DNA of 64,000 nucleotides from Octopus bimaculoides (lineage: Eukaryota), in assembly GCF_001194135.2 (NCBI RefSeq), contig NC_068982.1, forward strand, positions 154,608,785 through 154,672,784. The letters are read 5' to 3'. The notes under the pieces were generated by a model, which saw only the letters and a list, made by a program, of their open reading frames with translations, ran no database searches and was not told where the DNA came from. Made by a program: the position numbers and the translations under genes. Shown here piece after piece: positions 11,825-23,699 of the stretch. How positions within the stretch are numbered: the first letter of the stretch is position 1; each line of letters starts with the position of its first letter.

Positions 11825-13605
11825 NNNNNNNNNNNNNNNNNNNNNNNNNNNNNNNNNNNNNNNNNNNNNNNNNNNNNNNNNNNNNNNNNNNNNNNNNNNN
11901 NNNNNNNNNNNNNNNNNNNNNNNNNNNNNNNNNNNNNNNNNNNNNNNNNNNNNNNNNNNNNNNNNNNNNNNNNNNNNNNNNNNNNNNNNNNNNNNNNNNN
12001 NNNNNNNNNNNNNNNNNNNNNNNNNNNNNNNNNNNNNNNNNNNNNNNNNNNNNNNNNNNNNNNNNNNNNNNNNNNNNNNNNNNNNNNNNNNNNNNNNNNN
12101 NNNNNNNNNNNNNNNNNNNNNNNNNNNNNNNNNNNNNNNNNNNNNNNNNNNNNNNNNNNNNNNNNNNNNNNNNNNNNNNNNNNNNNNNNNNNNNNNNNNN
12201 NNNNNNNNNNNNNNNNNNNNNNNNNNNNTATATATATATATATATGATATATATTGTGTGTGTGTGTGTGTAAAAGTGCCTGGATGTAATTCATCGATGG
12301 TTGTCAGATTTATTACCTAAGCTTTGTGTGAATATATTACTATTTCTTACTAACGCGCGCGCGCGTATGTGTGGTGCGTGTATGTGCATGTGTGCATGTG
12401 TGTGTGTGTGTGTGTCTAAGAAAGCAATCTCAAATGTACGGGTACAATTGCAATTTAAAATAGGATCATGTTATCATTTCTTTCGTAACTTATCTCTCCC
12501 TTCGACCTAATTTGTTATCTGGTTTCACATCCCCATCTTACCTTTGGGTGCCTGAAACTCTGTCCAATCCATTGAAGGCATTCAACCCACGTCTCTGATC
12601 TGAAAACGCGTCACTATCTTCATATCTCGTGTCCACGTGTCGAGGTTTCTTATGATTTTTTCTCAAACCAGTCTCCTAAACTCTATCAATATCGTGGATG
12701 CTACCCTTCTTCATCTGATGAAGCTGTCATAACTCATTTCTTGCGAACATATCTTTAGCCTGCTACGTAAGCTTCCGTTGTCAAGTAAGTTATTGTATTT
12801 CAAAACTTTAGTGAAACAATATATCTATGAAATCATTAAGAAACACATATTCCAGAAAAGAAAATAAATATTAAATGCTGCTGCTGTTCCTGTTATTTAT
12901 TTATCTATTTATTTATCTATTTATTCATTTATATATTTATTTATTTAGTTTTGATGTGAAATTCCATTACTGTTGAGAGAATCAAGAATGTTATTGAATC
13001 AGATTTTGACAGAGATGTTAAAACAAAATACATTAACAGATCAGAAACTGATATCTTAAGTATCAATTTTACCTCTACTCAGTTCTGCTGACAAATTACG
13101 TATGTTACTTTTTTGAAAGCTTCAAGTTAAGGTAACATGAGTCAACGACACGGTTTCAATATTTACTTGTAATCATTTCGCTTCACTTACACAGTAGCTA
13201 ACGTTCTTCAGAAACATAAGAATGTCACATGTCCTATTTCCCATTCCCTCTGCTTTTATTTTTATTTTTATCTATATTTTGTAGTTGTTGTTATAAATCT
13301 GATGTGTTGCACACAGAAAAGAAATTGCTATTGGTTTATTTGGATCAGAGATGTGTAATAAACAAGATTGAAACATCAAGTAACTTCATTTTCTGCTTGA
13401 TCTTTTGTAGCCAACAAGCGATTAGCTGAATTGACTTGAAGAGAATGAATATTGTTTCTTGACACATTCATATATTTCTACACAGCATTAACAACATAAT
13501 TCAAGTGGAACAGAGTTCAGAAAACTTTGTGACAATTCTCATCACTGAATGTGTGAAGGAGTGTGGGGTGTCAGATGGGGGTTAGTGAGATATATACCAG
13601 GTCCT

Positions 13606-13665
<60 letters not shown>

Positions 13666-13707
13666 NNNNNNNNNNNNNNNNNNNNNNNNNNNNNNNNNNN
13701 NNNNNNN

Positions 13708-13776
<69 letters not shown>

Positions 13777-13998
13777 ATCTCTCTTTCCATCTCCCTTTCT
13801 CTTTGTTTCCCTCTCTCACAGCCTGAAACATAAAACTCTATCCTGGACACGACTCACGATGGATAAAGAGTGATATTGTTGATATTTAACTCCAGGTCAC
13901 ATCTGATTGAGCAGGCTGATGACCATCCTAGCCATAACTATTTCATCTTTTGTCCAAAAGTATATCTATCTCAAACTACATTACTTAATGGACTCACC

Positions 13999-14200
13999 AG
14001 GCGGCGAGCTATAACGATCGTTACCGCGCTTAGCGGCATTTTGCCTGTCTTTACGTTCTGGGCTCAAATGCCGGCGAGTTCGACTTTGCCTTTGATCCCT
14101 TCGGAATCGATAAAATAAGTACCAATTGAGCACTAAGGTTGACGTAATTGACTTATCTCCTCCCTCGAAATTGTGCTAAAATTTGAAATCAATATTTGAT
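13999..14200 (+). mobile_element. SINE family B copy
   Basis: AGGCGGCGAGC..GCTTAGCGGCATTT..TTCGACTTTGCCTTTGATCC..GATAAAATAAGTACC. Confidence 0.8.
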
Positions 14201-14514
14201 ACTTTCATTATGTTCTAAAGCTTTAGAATACGATTTGAGGAAAAAAGATTGACTGTTATTTCTAATGGATCTGGCAACGACGAAGCGGCTGACACGTTGG
14301 CTCGAAAAAATGTGTATCTAATAATACAAAGTAGATATCTGAAATTGTTTTTCTTTACCAAACATAACATTGAGAGCAACGAACTCAAGTAAAAGTTACA
14401 AAGGCAACGACGGAAATATGTTTCACAATATTTCTGCACTACTACTCACAAAACAACAATATTGACAACAAACCCAACAACATATGAATATAGTTAACCG
14501 TAAAGCAACAACGA

Positions 14515-14546
<32 letters not shown>

Positions 14547-15096
14547 AAATACACTAGAATTGTAAAACTTTCTGACGAGGAAGCTTCTACACAATAGCAT
14601 GATCAGCTAGAACTAACAGCCCCACTTCATCAAATCACATCCTATCTTGAAATAAGGAAACCTTTGACAATGTCATCCTGGATATCTCGGATTTTAAAAG
14701 TACGGAAGATTACGGATCTGAAAAACCTTTATCAAATAACTGTTCGATTAAATCTGCGAAATGAGTTCAAAACAACAAACTTTGAGTCGAGTCAATGAGA
14801 CAAAAATATGCAGAGGTTCACTACATCTCATTATATTGCTCCAACGTTACTACATACTAGTGTTACACTCACACTCTACTCAACAAACAGACGAAGATAA
14901 AAGTACTACCAGAATCAGCAATATTGATGTGACATACAAATCCTATCCTACACCCTCCAAATACAAAGATGCATAAGAAGCACCATGAAGGTATATCTGG
15001 TGGCGTAGTAGAAATTTGTATGAAACTGGCTAAAAAATATGGCTATAACAATATTTACTTTTAATAAACACATAAAACTAGAATTTTTTTTTTTTG

Positions 15097-15250
15097 AAGG
15101 AGGGGATTAGTTGATGTCGTTGATCTCAGTACTGAATTTTACTTCATTTTATCGACCCTGAAAGAATAAGAAGTAATGAATGAGCTCGGTGGGATTGGAA
15201 ATCAGAACGTGAAGATCCAAAACAAATAGAGGAAAACATCTTAACGATTT
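15097..15250 (-). mobile_element. Decayed SINE family B copy
   Basis: CAGTACT..TTTATCGACCCTGAAAG..TCAGAACGT matches the B reverse complement. Confidence 0.6.
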
Positions 15251-16559
15251 TAACATTGTTTATCTGATCCTTGTTTGTATGAAATTTACTTCATACGGTA
15301 TTAATGATTTTCTCCCATGGGTTAGAGATTCACAAAGTATTTACTTTCTGATTTGTTGAAACACATTTTTTTTCTTTATTTATTTCCATAAAATACTGAA
15401 AGCATCAATTACAACAGTTTTCGTTACTCAGATTTTTTCTGATTTCAGTTTTCAAATATTTGTATTGATTCAATCTTTGTTTTCCTGGGATAGCTTTAAA
15501 AAAATGTTCATAATGTATCTCTTAGAAACCCTATGCAAATTAGAATGGATATGCTTTCTTTTCGTTCGTTTTTGTTTGTATTTTGTTTGTAATATCTTGT
15601 TCATGTATATTTCTTTTTTCTTAGGCGCTTTCTAAATTCAACTTTCTTTTTAATTTCTTTCCTACAAGGAAGTTTGAACATAAAAGAAAATAATAATCAA
15701 ATTTTTAGTATGATAGTTCAATAAATATCTGTGACAGGTTTCAGTTTATTTTTGAAGTAGTTCTGTATAATTTCAGTTGACTTTAGCATGAACTTGTGAG
15801 AATTTTGTATTAGCTTTGAATAATAATATATTTATTGAGATATGACAAAACCTTCGAACCTTTAGAACATTTCATTGTCTGGTTTATATGATCTATAGCA
15901 CACATCTGTTTATTTGCTGCTACTAATAGTTTAAGAACTATAGATTATTGAAAGTAGAAAAAAAAAAGATTTTAATTTAAAAACATTTAACTGTCTCTCA
16001 AACTCAACTTGATTCAATTTAAATATTCTTGTCCAGTGTTTCCCACGAAATATGTGGCCTTATGCCAATCAATTTAAGACTAACACTAATTGAGTTGAAA
16101 ACTGTTTTATGGTAGACGGTACCATTTCACTAAGCTGGTCCATTACATTGATAATTTTACTGCACTGCGAAGCAGTTGCTAAAAATGGCATCTGAGAATG
16201 TTGGTAAATATCTACCAGACTAGATAAAGATTATTGATTTTGTCAAATTAAACTAAAGACTAGTAATTTATTGCGTTATTAGTTTCCATAGTAAAAAGCT
16301 ATTTGCAACAATGCTTTTAACTTGTGTCGAAAGAGTAAACTGGTGAAGATTTTCTAGAGCCAAACAAAGAGATGATCCGAAAAAGATTGATAGCAGCTGT
16401 TCTGGTATCTAATATTATCTGCTAAGAGCTAAGTATAATCTGTGAGTAACTGAAATAAATACCCGATATACATCAATATACCAAATATACTGAAGTCATT
16501 TCAAAAGTCTTCATTCACTTTACTCGGTGGATTATATTACAGTAGCCCTTACAATATTA

Positions 16560-16910
16560 TTACTTTTATCCTCTCCATTATTCCTTTATTCTTTACTTTA
16601 TTCTCGTTCATTAATTCATTCGTTCTTTATTTATTTTTCTTTATTCCTTTACTTGTTTAATCATTCAAGCATTCATTCATTCTTTATTCCAGAATTAATT
16701 CATTTCCTAATGTTTTTTCTTCATTTATTCCTGCATTCATCTATTTATACATTCAGCCACTCATTTAGTTATTCGTTTATTCTGTCATTTATTCATTTAT
16801 TCATTTATTCATTCCTTCTTTCTTTATTCATACAATCGTTCTTTCTTCCTATATTCCTTTATTCAATCATTCATTTATTCATTCATTTCTTTATTCAATT
16901 TTTCTTCTTT
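16560..16910. repeat. Degenerate (TTCA/TTTA)n tract
   Basis: Direct; explains the spurious hydrophobic ORF 16527-16997. Confidence 0.85.
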
Positions 16911-17204
16911 AAGATGATTCGATCTAGGTGTCAAACTACTATACCCTTGAGGATTTCCACTAAGACATTGTCATTCACTTTAGACTATGCTGAGTGATAT
17001 CTGAGAAAGAGAGCAGGCGGGAAAGTGCATCACTCAAGGAACGCTGCATCTCATAGATACCTATATATTTCAAACTGAACACATCAACGCTTCACATTAT
17101 GTCAGTTGACTGGATATACTTTGTAGACTCTGCATAAAGTTATATTAACCTTTGTAAAAGATATTAACAGTTTATCTATAAAGGAAAACGTAGACATGCT
17201 CCTA

Positions 17205-17380
17205 GAAACATACTTTCTACAAGCACATTTCTAAGAACGCACATACTTCTACAAACCAGCACACTTCCACAAACACGCACTTGCCAATCCACAGATTTCT
17301 ATAAACACAAAGACTTCGCCAGACACGGGCTTTTACAAACAAGCTTGTCTTCTATAAGCAGAACGACTTCTATAAATCAT
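17205..17380. repeat. Degenerate minisatellite, about 17-20-bp unit with core ACTTCTA(C/T)AAAC
   Basis: About 9-10 recurring variants (TTTCTACAAGC, ACTTCTACAAACC, ACTTCCACAAAC, ATTTCTATAAAC, CTTCTATAAGC, ACTTCTATAAAT). Confidence 0.55.
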
Positions 17381-17394
17381 ACATAGACGAAGAC

Positions 17395-17720
17395 GAGAGA
17401 GGTATGCAGTGGTATGCATATGGGAGATCCTGGAGGGGCTGACACCAAACTTTGATATCGAAAGCTATAGCAACTCCCGGACTGGATGTCACTGCACTTC
17501 TCCAAAAATCCCAGCTATCCCGTATTGAGTGAGGTCAATGTACTGCAATAGCTTGGGATTCAAGGGTCCACAGCTATTTGACGCTTTGCCAAAGCATCTG
17601 GAGTAGTGGTAGATGTTTTCAAGAAACAACTTGACTTCCTGCTATCCTATGTCTCAGGTGAATATATAGCAATGGGAGGCAACTCAAAGACGGTAGCGGT
17701 GTCGAACATCCCTCCTTCAC
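17395..17720 (+). mobile_element. CR1-group LINE ORF2 C-terminal fragment
   Basis: RRRERYAVVCIWEILEGLTPN..CNSLGFKGPQLFDALPKHL..VDVFKKQLDFLLS matches the CR1/L2-type C-terminus (RR..I..WKIL..LFNxLP..FKxxLD). Confidence 0.7.
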
Positions 17721-19879
17721 TAAAAGTTAATCACACAAGATTGGTTATTGAAAAGGTGATTATATTGGCATTGCTCCAGCATAGAGATGCCTTAGAGATG
17801 AAACATATAAAAGAATAAAAGAGTAAACGAATACTTCTACAAATAAGTTGATCGTTACAGTAAAAAAGGATCTTCTTAACGGAAACAGGACTAGATTATA
17901 TTTGAAATATTTCATCCACGTTGAACTTCCAATTAAACAGGGGAAGAAGAGTGCAGTGAAAACCCGATTGTTTCACACATAAATCGGCTCACACGCTCAA
18001 ACATACTGAACACAATAAGGTCTAGGGTGACGGAGCCATTGCTATGAGACCAACAGTTCAACTGATTCAATGCAATTCCTATAGCGCACTCTGAAACCAA
18101 CTACTTGCACGCACATACGCTCATGCAGACGCGCACACAGCTACACACACACCACGACCACCACACTATAGAATATTCAGAATATTTCAGCTGTCCTGAT
18201 ACCGCTCAAATCTATACGTGTTTCTCAATTAAGCAGGCCAACACACTACCCAGTCCAGCTGTCATCGTTTATATTTCTCCGATTTCATTCAAAAGAACGT
18301 AGTAAAGACAGACGGATCTGAGATATCAGTCTGGTGAATCATTAATCATGCAACTGCATCAACCATCGTAGTGTTAAGACTTACATCATCTCTTAATATA
18401 CTAAGCACCGTGACCGGCTTCATTCGCTTCAGAAGGTTGCATATCAGCATATGAACAAAAAGACTAAATGAACACACATACATACACGCACACGCAAACA
18501 TACACACGCATACACATACACACAGACATACACGCATCCGCAAACACACACACTCACAGACAAACACACGCACATATACACGCACACACACGCACGCACA
18601 CACGCACACACATGCACACACGCATGAACGCACGCACGCACACACACACACACACACANNNNNNNNNNNNNNNNNNNNNNNNNNNNNNNNNNNNNNNNNN
18701 NNNNNNNNNNNNNNNNNNNNNNNNNNNNNNNNNNNNNNNNNNNNNNNNNNNNNNNNNNNNNNNNNNNNNNNNNNNNNNNNNNNNNNNNNNNNNNNNNNNN
18801 NNNNNNNNNNNNNNNNNNNNNNNNNNNNNNNNNNNNNNNNNNNNNNNNNNNNNNNNNNNNNNNNNNNNNNNNNNNNNNNNNNNNNNNNNNNNNNNNNNNN
18901 NNNNNNNNNNNNNNNNNNNNNNNNNNNNNNNNNNNNNNNNNNNNNNNNNNNNNNNNNNNNNNNNNNNNNNNNNNNNNNNNNNNNNNNNNNNNNNNNNNNN
19001 NNNNNNNNNNNNNNNNNNNNNNNNNNNNNNNNNNNNNNNNNNNNNNNNNNNNNNNNNNNNNNNNNNNNNNNNNNNNNNNNNNNNNNNNNNNNNNNNNNNN
19101 NNNNNNNNNNNNNNNNNNNNNNNNNNNNNNNNNNNNNNNNNNNNNNNNNNNNNNNNNNNNNNNNNNNNNNNNNNNNNNNNNNNNNNNNNNNNNNNNNNNN
19201 NNNNNNNNNNNNNNNNNNNNNNNNNNNNNNNNNNNNNNNNNNNNNNNNNNNNNNNNNNNNNNNNNNNNNNNNNNNNNNNNNNNNNNNNNNNNNNNNNNNN
19301 NNNNNNNNNNNNNNNNNNNNNNNNNNNNNNNNNNNNNNNNNNNNNNNNNNNNNNNNNNNNNNNNNNNNNNNNNNNNNNNNNNNNNNNNNNNNNNNNNNNN
19401 NNNNNNNNNNNNNNNNNNNNNNNNNNNNNNNNNNNNNNNNNNNNNNNNNNNNNNNNNNNNNNNNNNNNNNNNNNNNNNNNNNNNNNNNNNNNNNNNNNNN
19501 NNNNNNNNNNNNNNNNNNNNNNNNNNNNNNNNNNNNNNNNNNNNNNNNNNNNNNNNNNNNNNNNNNNNNNNNNNNNNNNNNNNNNNNNNNNNNNNNNNNN
19601 NNNNNNNNNNNNNNNNNNNNNNNNNNNNNNNNNNNNNNAATGTGTAGAATTTTTTTATTAAATTTTAATGACTTAACTTTTAACAAGTTTTTTGCAGTCG
19701 TCTGTACGTAATTATATTTGCTTATGTTTTATTGCCTACAGGTCTAAAATTGAATTATTTTTCAAGATTTCTGTGATATGTGAAGTTTTTGATACTGTGT
19801 TTATTGATACGTTTAACTTCGTGGCTTAAGAAAATATTATAGTTATGATTTTATTTATTTATCTATCTATTTGATTCCA

Positions 19880-20650
19880 AATCATATGCAACACATGAAT
19901 GAAAAACATTCCTCACTGAAGCGAGTTTTTTTTTTTTTTTCAGGAAGAACTCTTGAAATAGACAATACTTCTTGCTCTGCTGCTTGTTACTCAGATAAAA
20001 TAAATGTACGTGATGGGATGAAGGGTATGCGTAGAATGAAAACATCCCCATTAGCACAACCAGTAATAATGTTGGTTTCACTCATATTGAGAATAAGAAT
20101 TTTGATACAATATTGTACTGTTAGAGACTTTTCGTCCATCCAAATTGTGCGCCAACATAACTTTTGCTCCTATTTTTAAGTACAAATCGCTACGAGAGGC
20201 TGCATTGGATTGAAGAGGATTGAGAAACCCAGTTGTATAGTTTGCAGTATCATTAATGTGAGCTACAGTGTGCACTCTGTGCATTAAACACGCTGCACAC
20301 TGTCATTTGTTTATAGCTTAGAAAGTCCCTGGTTGTCTTTGTAATTCTGTGAGAGTCTAGGGTACACTTTTCATTAAAGATTCATGTTTTGTTTTTTATT
20401 TTGACATCTGCACTCATAGCGTCATTGAGTAATTCTAACATTGCTCCTAATTACAGTTAAACGTTAGCTATTTGGGCTGCTTGGACATCTCTATTTTGTA
20501 CAATTGATCTGATAAAAAGATCGACTTTTTCTTTTTCTGCTTCTTTGAGGCATGCTCTCAAATCATCAGCAGATGTGACTTTTGGTATGACTAGCAGTTT
20601 GCCAGAAATCACGAGTTGCAACAATCTCTCTTCTGCTAAAAGTTGTAAAA
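19880..20650 (-). mobile_element. Helitron Pif1-like helicase relic (motif III to C-terminus)
   Basis: VATRDFWQT (cf. LAGDFRQT), DDLRACLK, KVYPRLSQNYKD, NYTTGFLN..LKIGAKVMLAHNLD, IITGCANGDVFILRIPFIPS. Confidence 0.85.
20385..20520. repeat. 136-bp segment duplicated exactly at 21605-21740
   Basis: Base-by-base identical; offset 1220 bp. Confidence 0.95.
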
Positions 20651-20654
20651 ACAG

Positions 20655-22250
20655 CCATGTAGGAGGAAGTAGTGAACCATGAGTTGAGACTGAGTCTCAA
20701 AGTCATGGTTGTCACTGCAGAGCCTGCGTAGATGGAGGAATTGGGAATAAGGGATGGAGAGCTTGGTGTGGTTAGAGTGGGAGAAGAAGTTAAAGTAGGA
20801 GTGTGAGACAGTGTGTTTGTAGTGGATGGAGGTAATGAGAGCGGAGTGGTGTATGCTGACAGAAATGTCGAGAAATGTGACGGAAGAGTTAGAGATAGTG
20901 AAGAAGAATTCGAGGGCAGGATGGAAGGATTGGAAAGAGAGGAAGGAATCCAGTTGTTTGCGGGAGGGTGAGGTCGCGCTGATACAGTCATCGATATAAC
21001 GACCGTATAGCTCGAGAGTGGGACTAGTGAATTGTGTGAATATTTGGGTCACAACGTAGCCAACGAACAGGTTTGCATAGTTGGGCCCATTTTCGTTCCC
21101 ATGTCCACACCCGCGAACGAGAGGTAGATGAGGGAGAGGACAAGTTCGCCAGACGAAGAGGTATGGAGGTGTCAGGTTCAGGGTCAGGCCGAAGGTCAAG
21201 GAAGTGTTTAAGCGCAAGAAGTCCCTCATTGTGTGGGAGTACCGTATACAAACTTTTAATGTCAAAGGTGAACAGTAGTTGAGAGGAGCCAGGAGGCTCA
21301 TAATCTGCGTGACCTCCTGGTCCACATTTTCTTGCCTACCCCTACCTCCCAGCCTGGCTCCTTCCCCTGCTCCCGCCTATGCTGTCGCACCTGCTCCTAC
21401 CTCTCCAACACCACCATGTGTTAAACAGACGGAGAGCATGATTGGTATCGTGGATGTGTGAGGGGAGGGAAGCCACTAGAAGGCAAGAACACGGTCGAGG
21501 TATTTAGAGATCATTTCCGTGTAACAGTTGCAGGCGGAGACGATGGGGTGACTAGGGTTGTTGGGCTTGTGAATTTTGGGAAGGAAGTAAATAATGGGAG
21601 TGCGTGTTTTGTTTTTTATTTTGACATCTGCACTCATAGCGTCATTGAGTAATTCTAACATTGCTCCTAATTACAGTTAAACGTTAGCTATTTGGGCTGC
21701 TTGGACATCTCTATTTTGTACAATTGATCTGATAAAAAGAGGCAGTGGGAGGGAGATGGGAGGAGGAAATGAGGTCATGAATAGCAGAGAACACAGTCTT
21801 TTGGTAATTAGGCATGGTGTTGGAGGACAGAGGGCAATAGAAGGAAGTGTTTTGAAGTTGGCGGAGAGCTTCGCCCTTACTGAGAAGAGAGCGCTCCGCT
21901 TCAGAGAGGGGGAGATCAGTAGGAATGGTAACCACAAACTGAAGTGGGAAGAAGGGGAATTAGGTGGGAGGCAGTGGGGGAAGAGAGAGGGGAGGGCTGG
22001 AGTAATGGATGAGCTGGAGTGGATCGGGGAAGGTGGGAGAGGGGGAGGTGTAGTGGCATCGGGTGGGACAGGATGAAAGAGTGAGTGGAGTTTATGTTGT
22101 TTAGTGCGAGCGAATAAGTCATGAAAAATGTAGTTTAGGTGGAAGATGAAGCGTAAGGTGGAATGTGCAACGGATAGTGAACAGCGGGGGAAAAAGGTGA
22201 AATAAACATGAAGGAGAAGACGGTCAAGGGTGTGTATTTTGGAGAGGTAT
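20655..22250 (-). mobile_element. Penelope-like element RT relic lacking GIY-YIG and 3' end, interrupted by a 136-bp insert
   Basis: LSEAERSLLSKG, YFLPKIHKPNNP..PIVS, FDIKSLYTVLPH, GMGTKMGPNYANLF, GRYIDD (YIDD at 20987-20998), TFLDISV, SIPYSQFLHLRRLCS. Confidence 0.9.
21605..21740. repeat. Second copy of the 136-bp Helitron-derived segment, inside the Penelope RT
   Basis: Identical to 20385-20520; splits PLE sequence LPPTAS | RTPIIYFLPKIHK. Confidence 0.95.
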
Positions 22251-22364
22251 GTATGTGTGTGTGTGTGTGTGTGTGCGTACATACATTCGCACACGTATTT
22301 ATGTATGGTTTCGGTATTTACCAAACACGGAAAATATGTCTAAGTAACGAAGTAGTGTCTAAAT

Positions 22365-22890
22365 ATTCTTTTCTACTCTAAGCACAAGGCCCGAACTTTC
22401 TTGGGGAAGGGGCCAGTCGATTAGATCGACCCCAGTACGCAACTGGTACTTAATTTATCGACCCCGAAAGGATGAAAGGCAAAGTCGACCTCAACAGAAT
22501 TTGAACTCGGAACGTAAGACAGACGAAATACCGCTAAGCATTTCACCCGGCGTGCTAACGTTTCTTGTTTCTTTATTGCCCACAAGGGGTTAAACATAGA
22601 GGGGACAAACAAGGACAGACAAAGGGATTAAGCCGATTAGATCGACCCCANNNNNNNNNNTTGTTTCTTTATTGCCCACAAGGGGTTAAACATAGAGGGG
22701 ACAAACAAGGACAGACAAAGGGATTAAGCCGATTAGATCGACCCCAGTGCGTAACTGGTACGTAATTTATCGATCCCGAAAGGATGAAAGGCAAAATCGA
22801 CCTCAACAGAATTTGAACTCGGAACGTAACGGCAGACGAAATACCGCTAAGCATTTCGCCCGGCGTGCTAACGTTTCTCCCAGCTCACCG
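22365..22890 (-). mobile_element. Two head-to-tail SINE family B copies with different 3' tails (10-N gap with duplicated flanks)
   Basis: Copy 22365-22564 ends ..TTCGGGCCTTGTGCTTAGAGTAGAAAAGAAT; copy 22565-22890 ends ..CCCCTTGTGGGCAATAAAGAAAC. Confidence 0.9.
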
Positions 22891-23699
22891 CCTTATTGTC
22901 TAAACATTCTATTTGACAAAACCACACTGAGATTGCAACTTCAAAGATTTGTAGATTTAAGGTTTATTGAAAATGGATGGTGCTGGAGAATTATAGAAGA
23001 ATATAGAAGTCATATAAATATGTAAATAAGAGCGAATCCAATCTCACGGATTAAAATAGCTGAAGGGAATTAAATTTGGAAAACTTTTGCGTAGGAATAT
23101 GCATATAAGTGAATGCAGACAAATGTATATGTCTATATCCTCTTATATAGAGACACACGCATGTATGCAGGTGCTAATACCCAAAAAGGTACTGGAATAT
23201 ACACACGCATACACATACACACATACACAGTCATGTTTAAACATTTGTTCACGTATATGTGTATGCATGTGTGTGTTTATGGGTCCATATGTTTATATGT
23301 ATATATATATACACCCCCACACACGTGTACAAACACCCATAAACATATGTGTGTACGCGCTCATACATGTGCGCATGAGTATCGGATTGTATATAAGCAC
23401 ATGTTCATATATAGGTATATGCATATATGCATGTGTGCTGTAATTTCCCGTTACAATGTTTCATTTAATTTAACTCCTATCAGTTATTTCGTCACTGTTG
23501 CAGAAATTTTCCTAGCTTCAAAATGCTTCTTTAAAACGCTAGCTCCTCCTATCTTGAATAAAATTTCTCTCATGCTATTTTCAGAGATATGTATATCATT
23601 AATGTCTTTAATTTTTCCACATTTTGTTTAAACTTTACTAGCGAAAATTTACGTCACAATTTTTATGTCTTGGTCTAATGAAAATGATAACCATAATCA

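Noticed and set aside
15700-16500. Possible hAT transposase relic (- strand, KVEFERQL-like remnant)
   Set aside because: Only one or two weak motifs; not supportable without a profile search.
22565-22746. Apparent tandem duplication around a 10-N gap (similar at about 40917-40955 and 49745-49930)
   Set aside because: Identical sequence on both sides of a nominal 10-N gap is the usual sign of unmerged overlapping contig ends.
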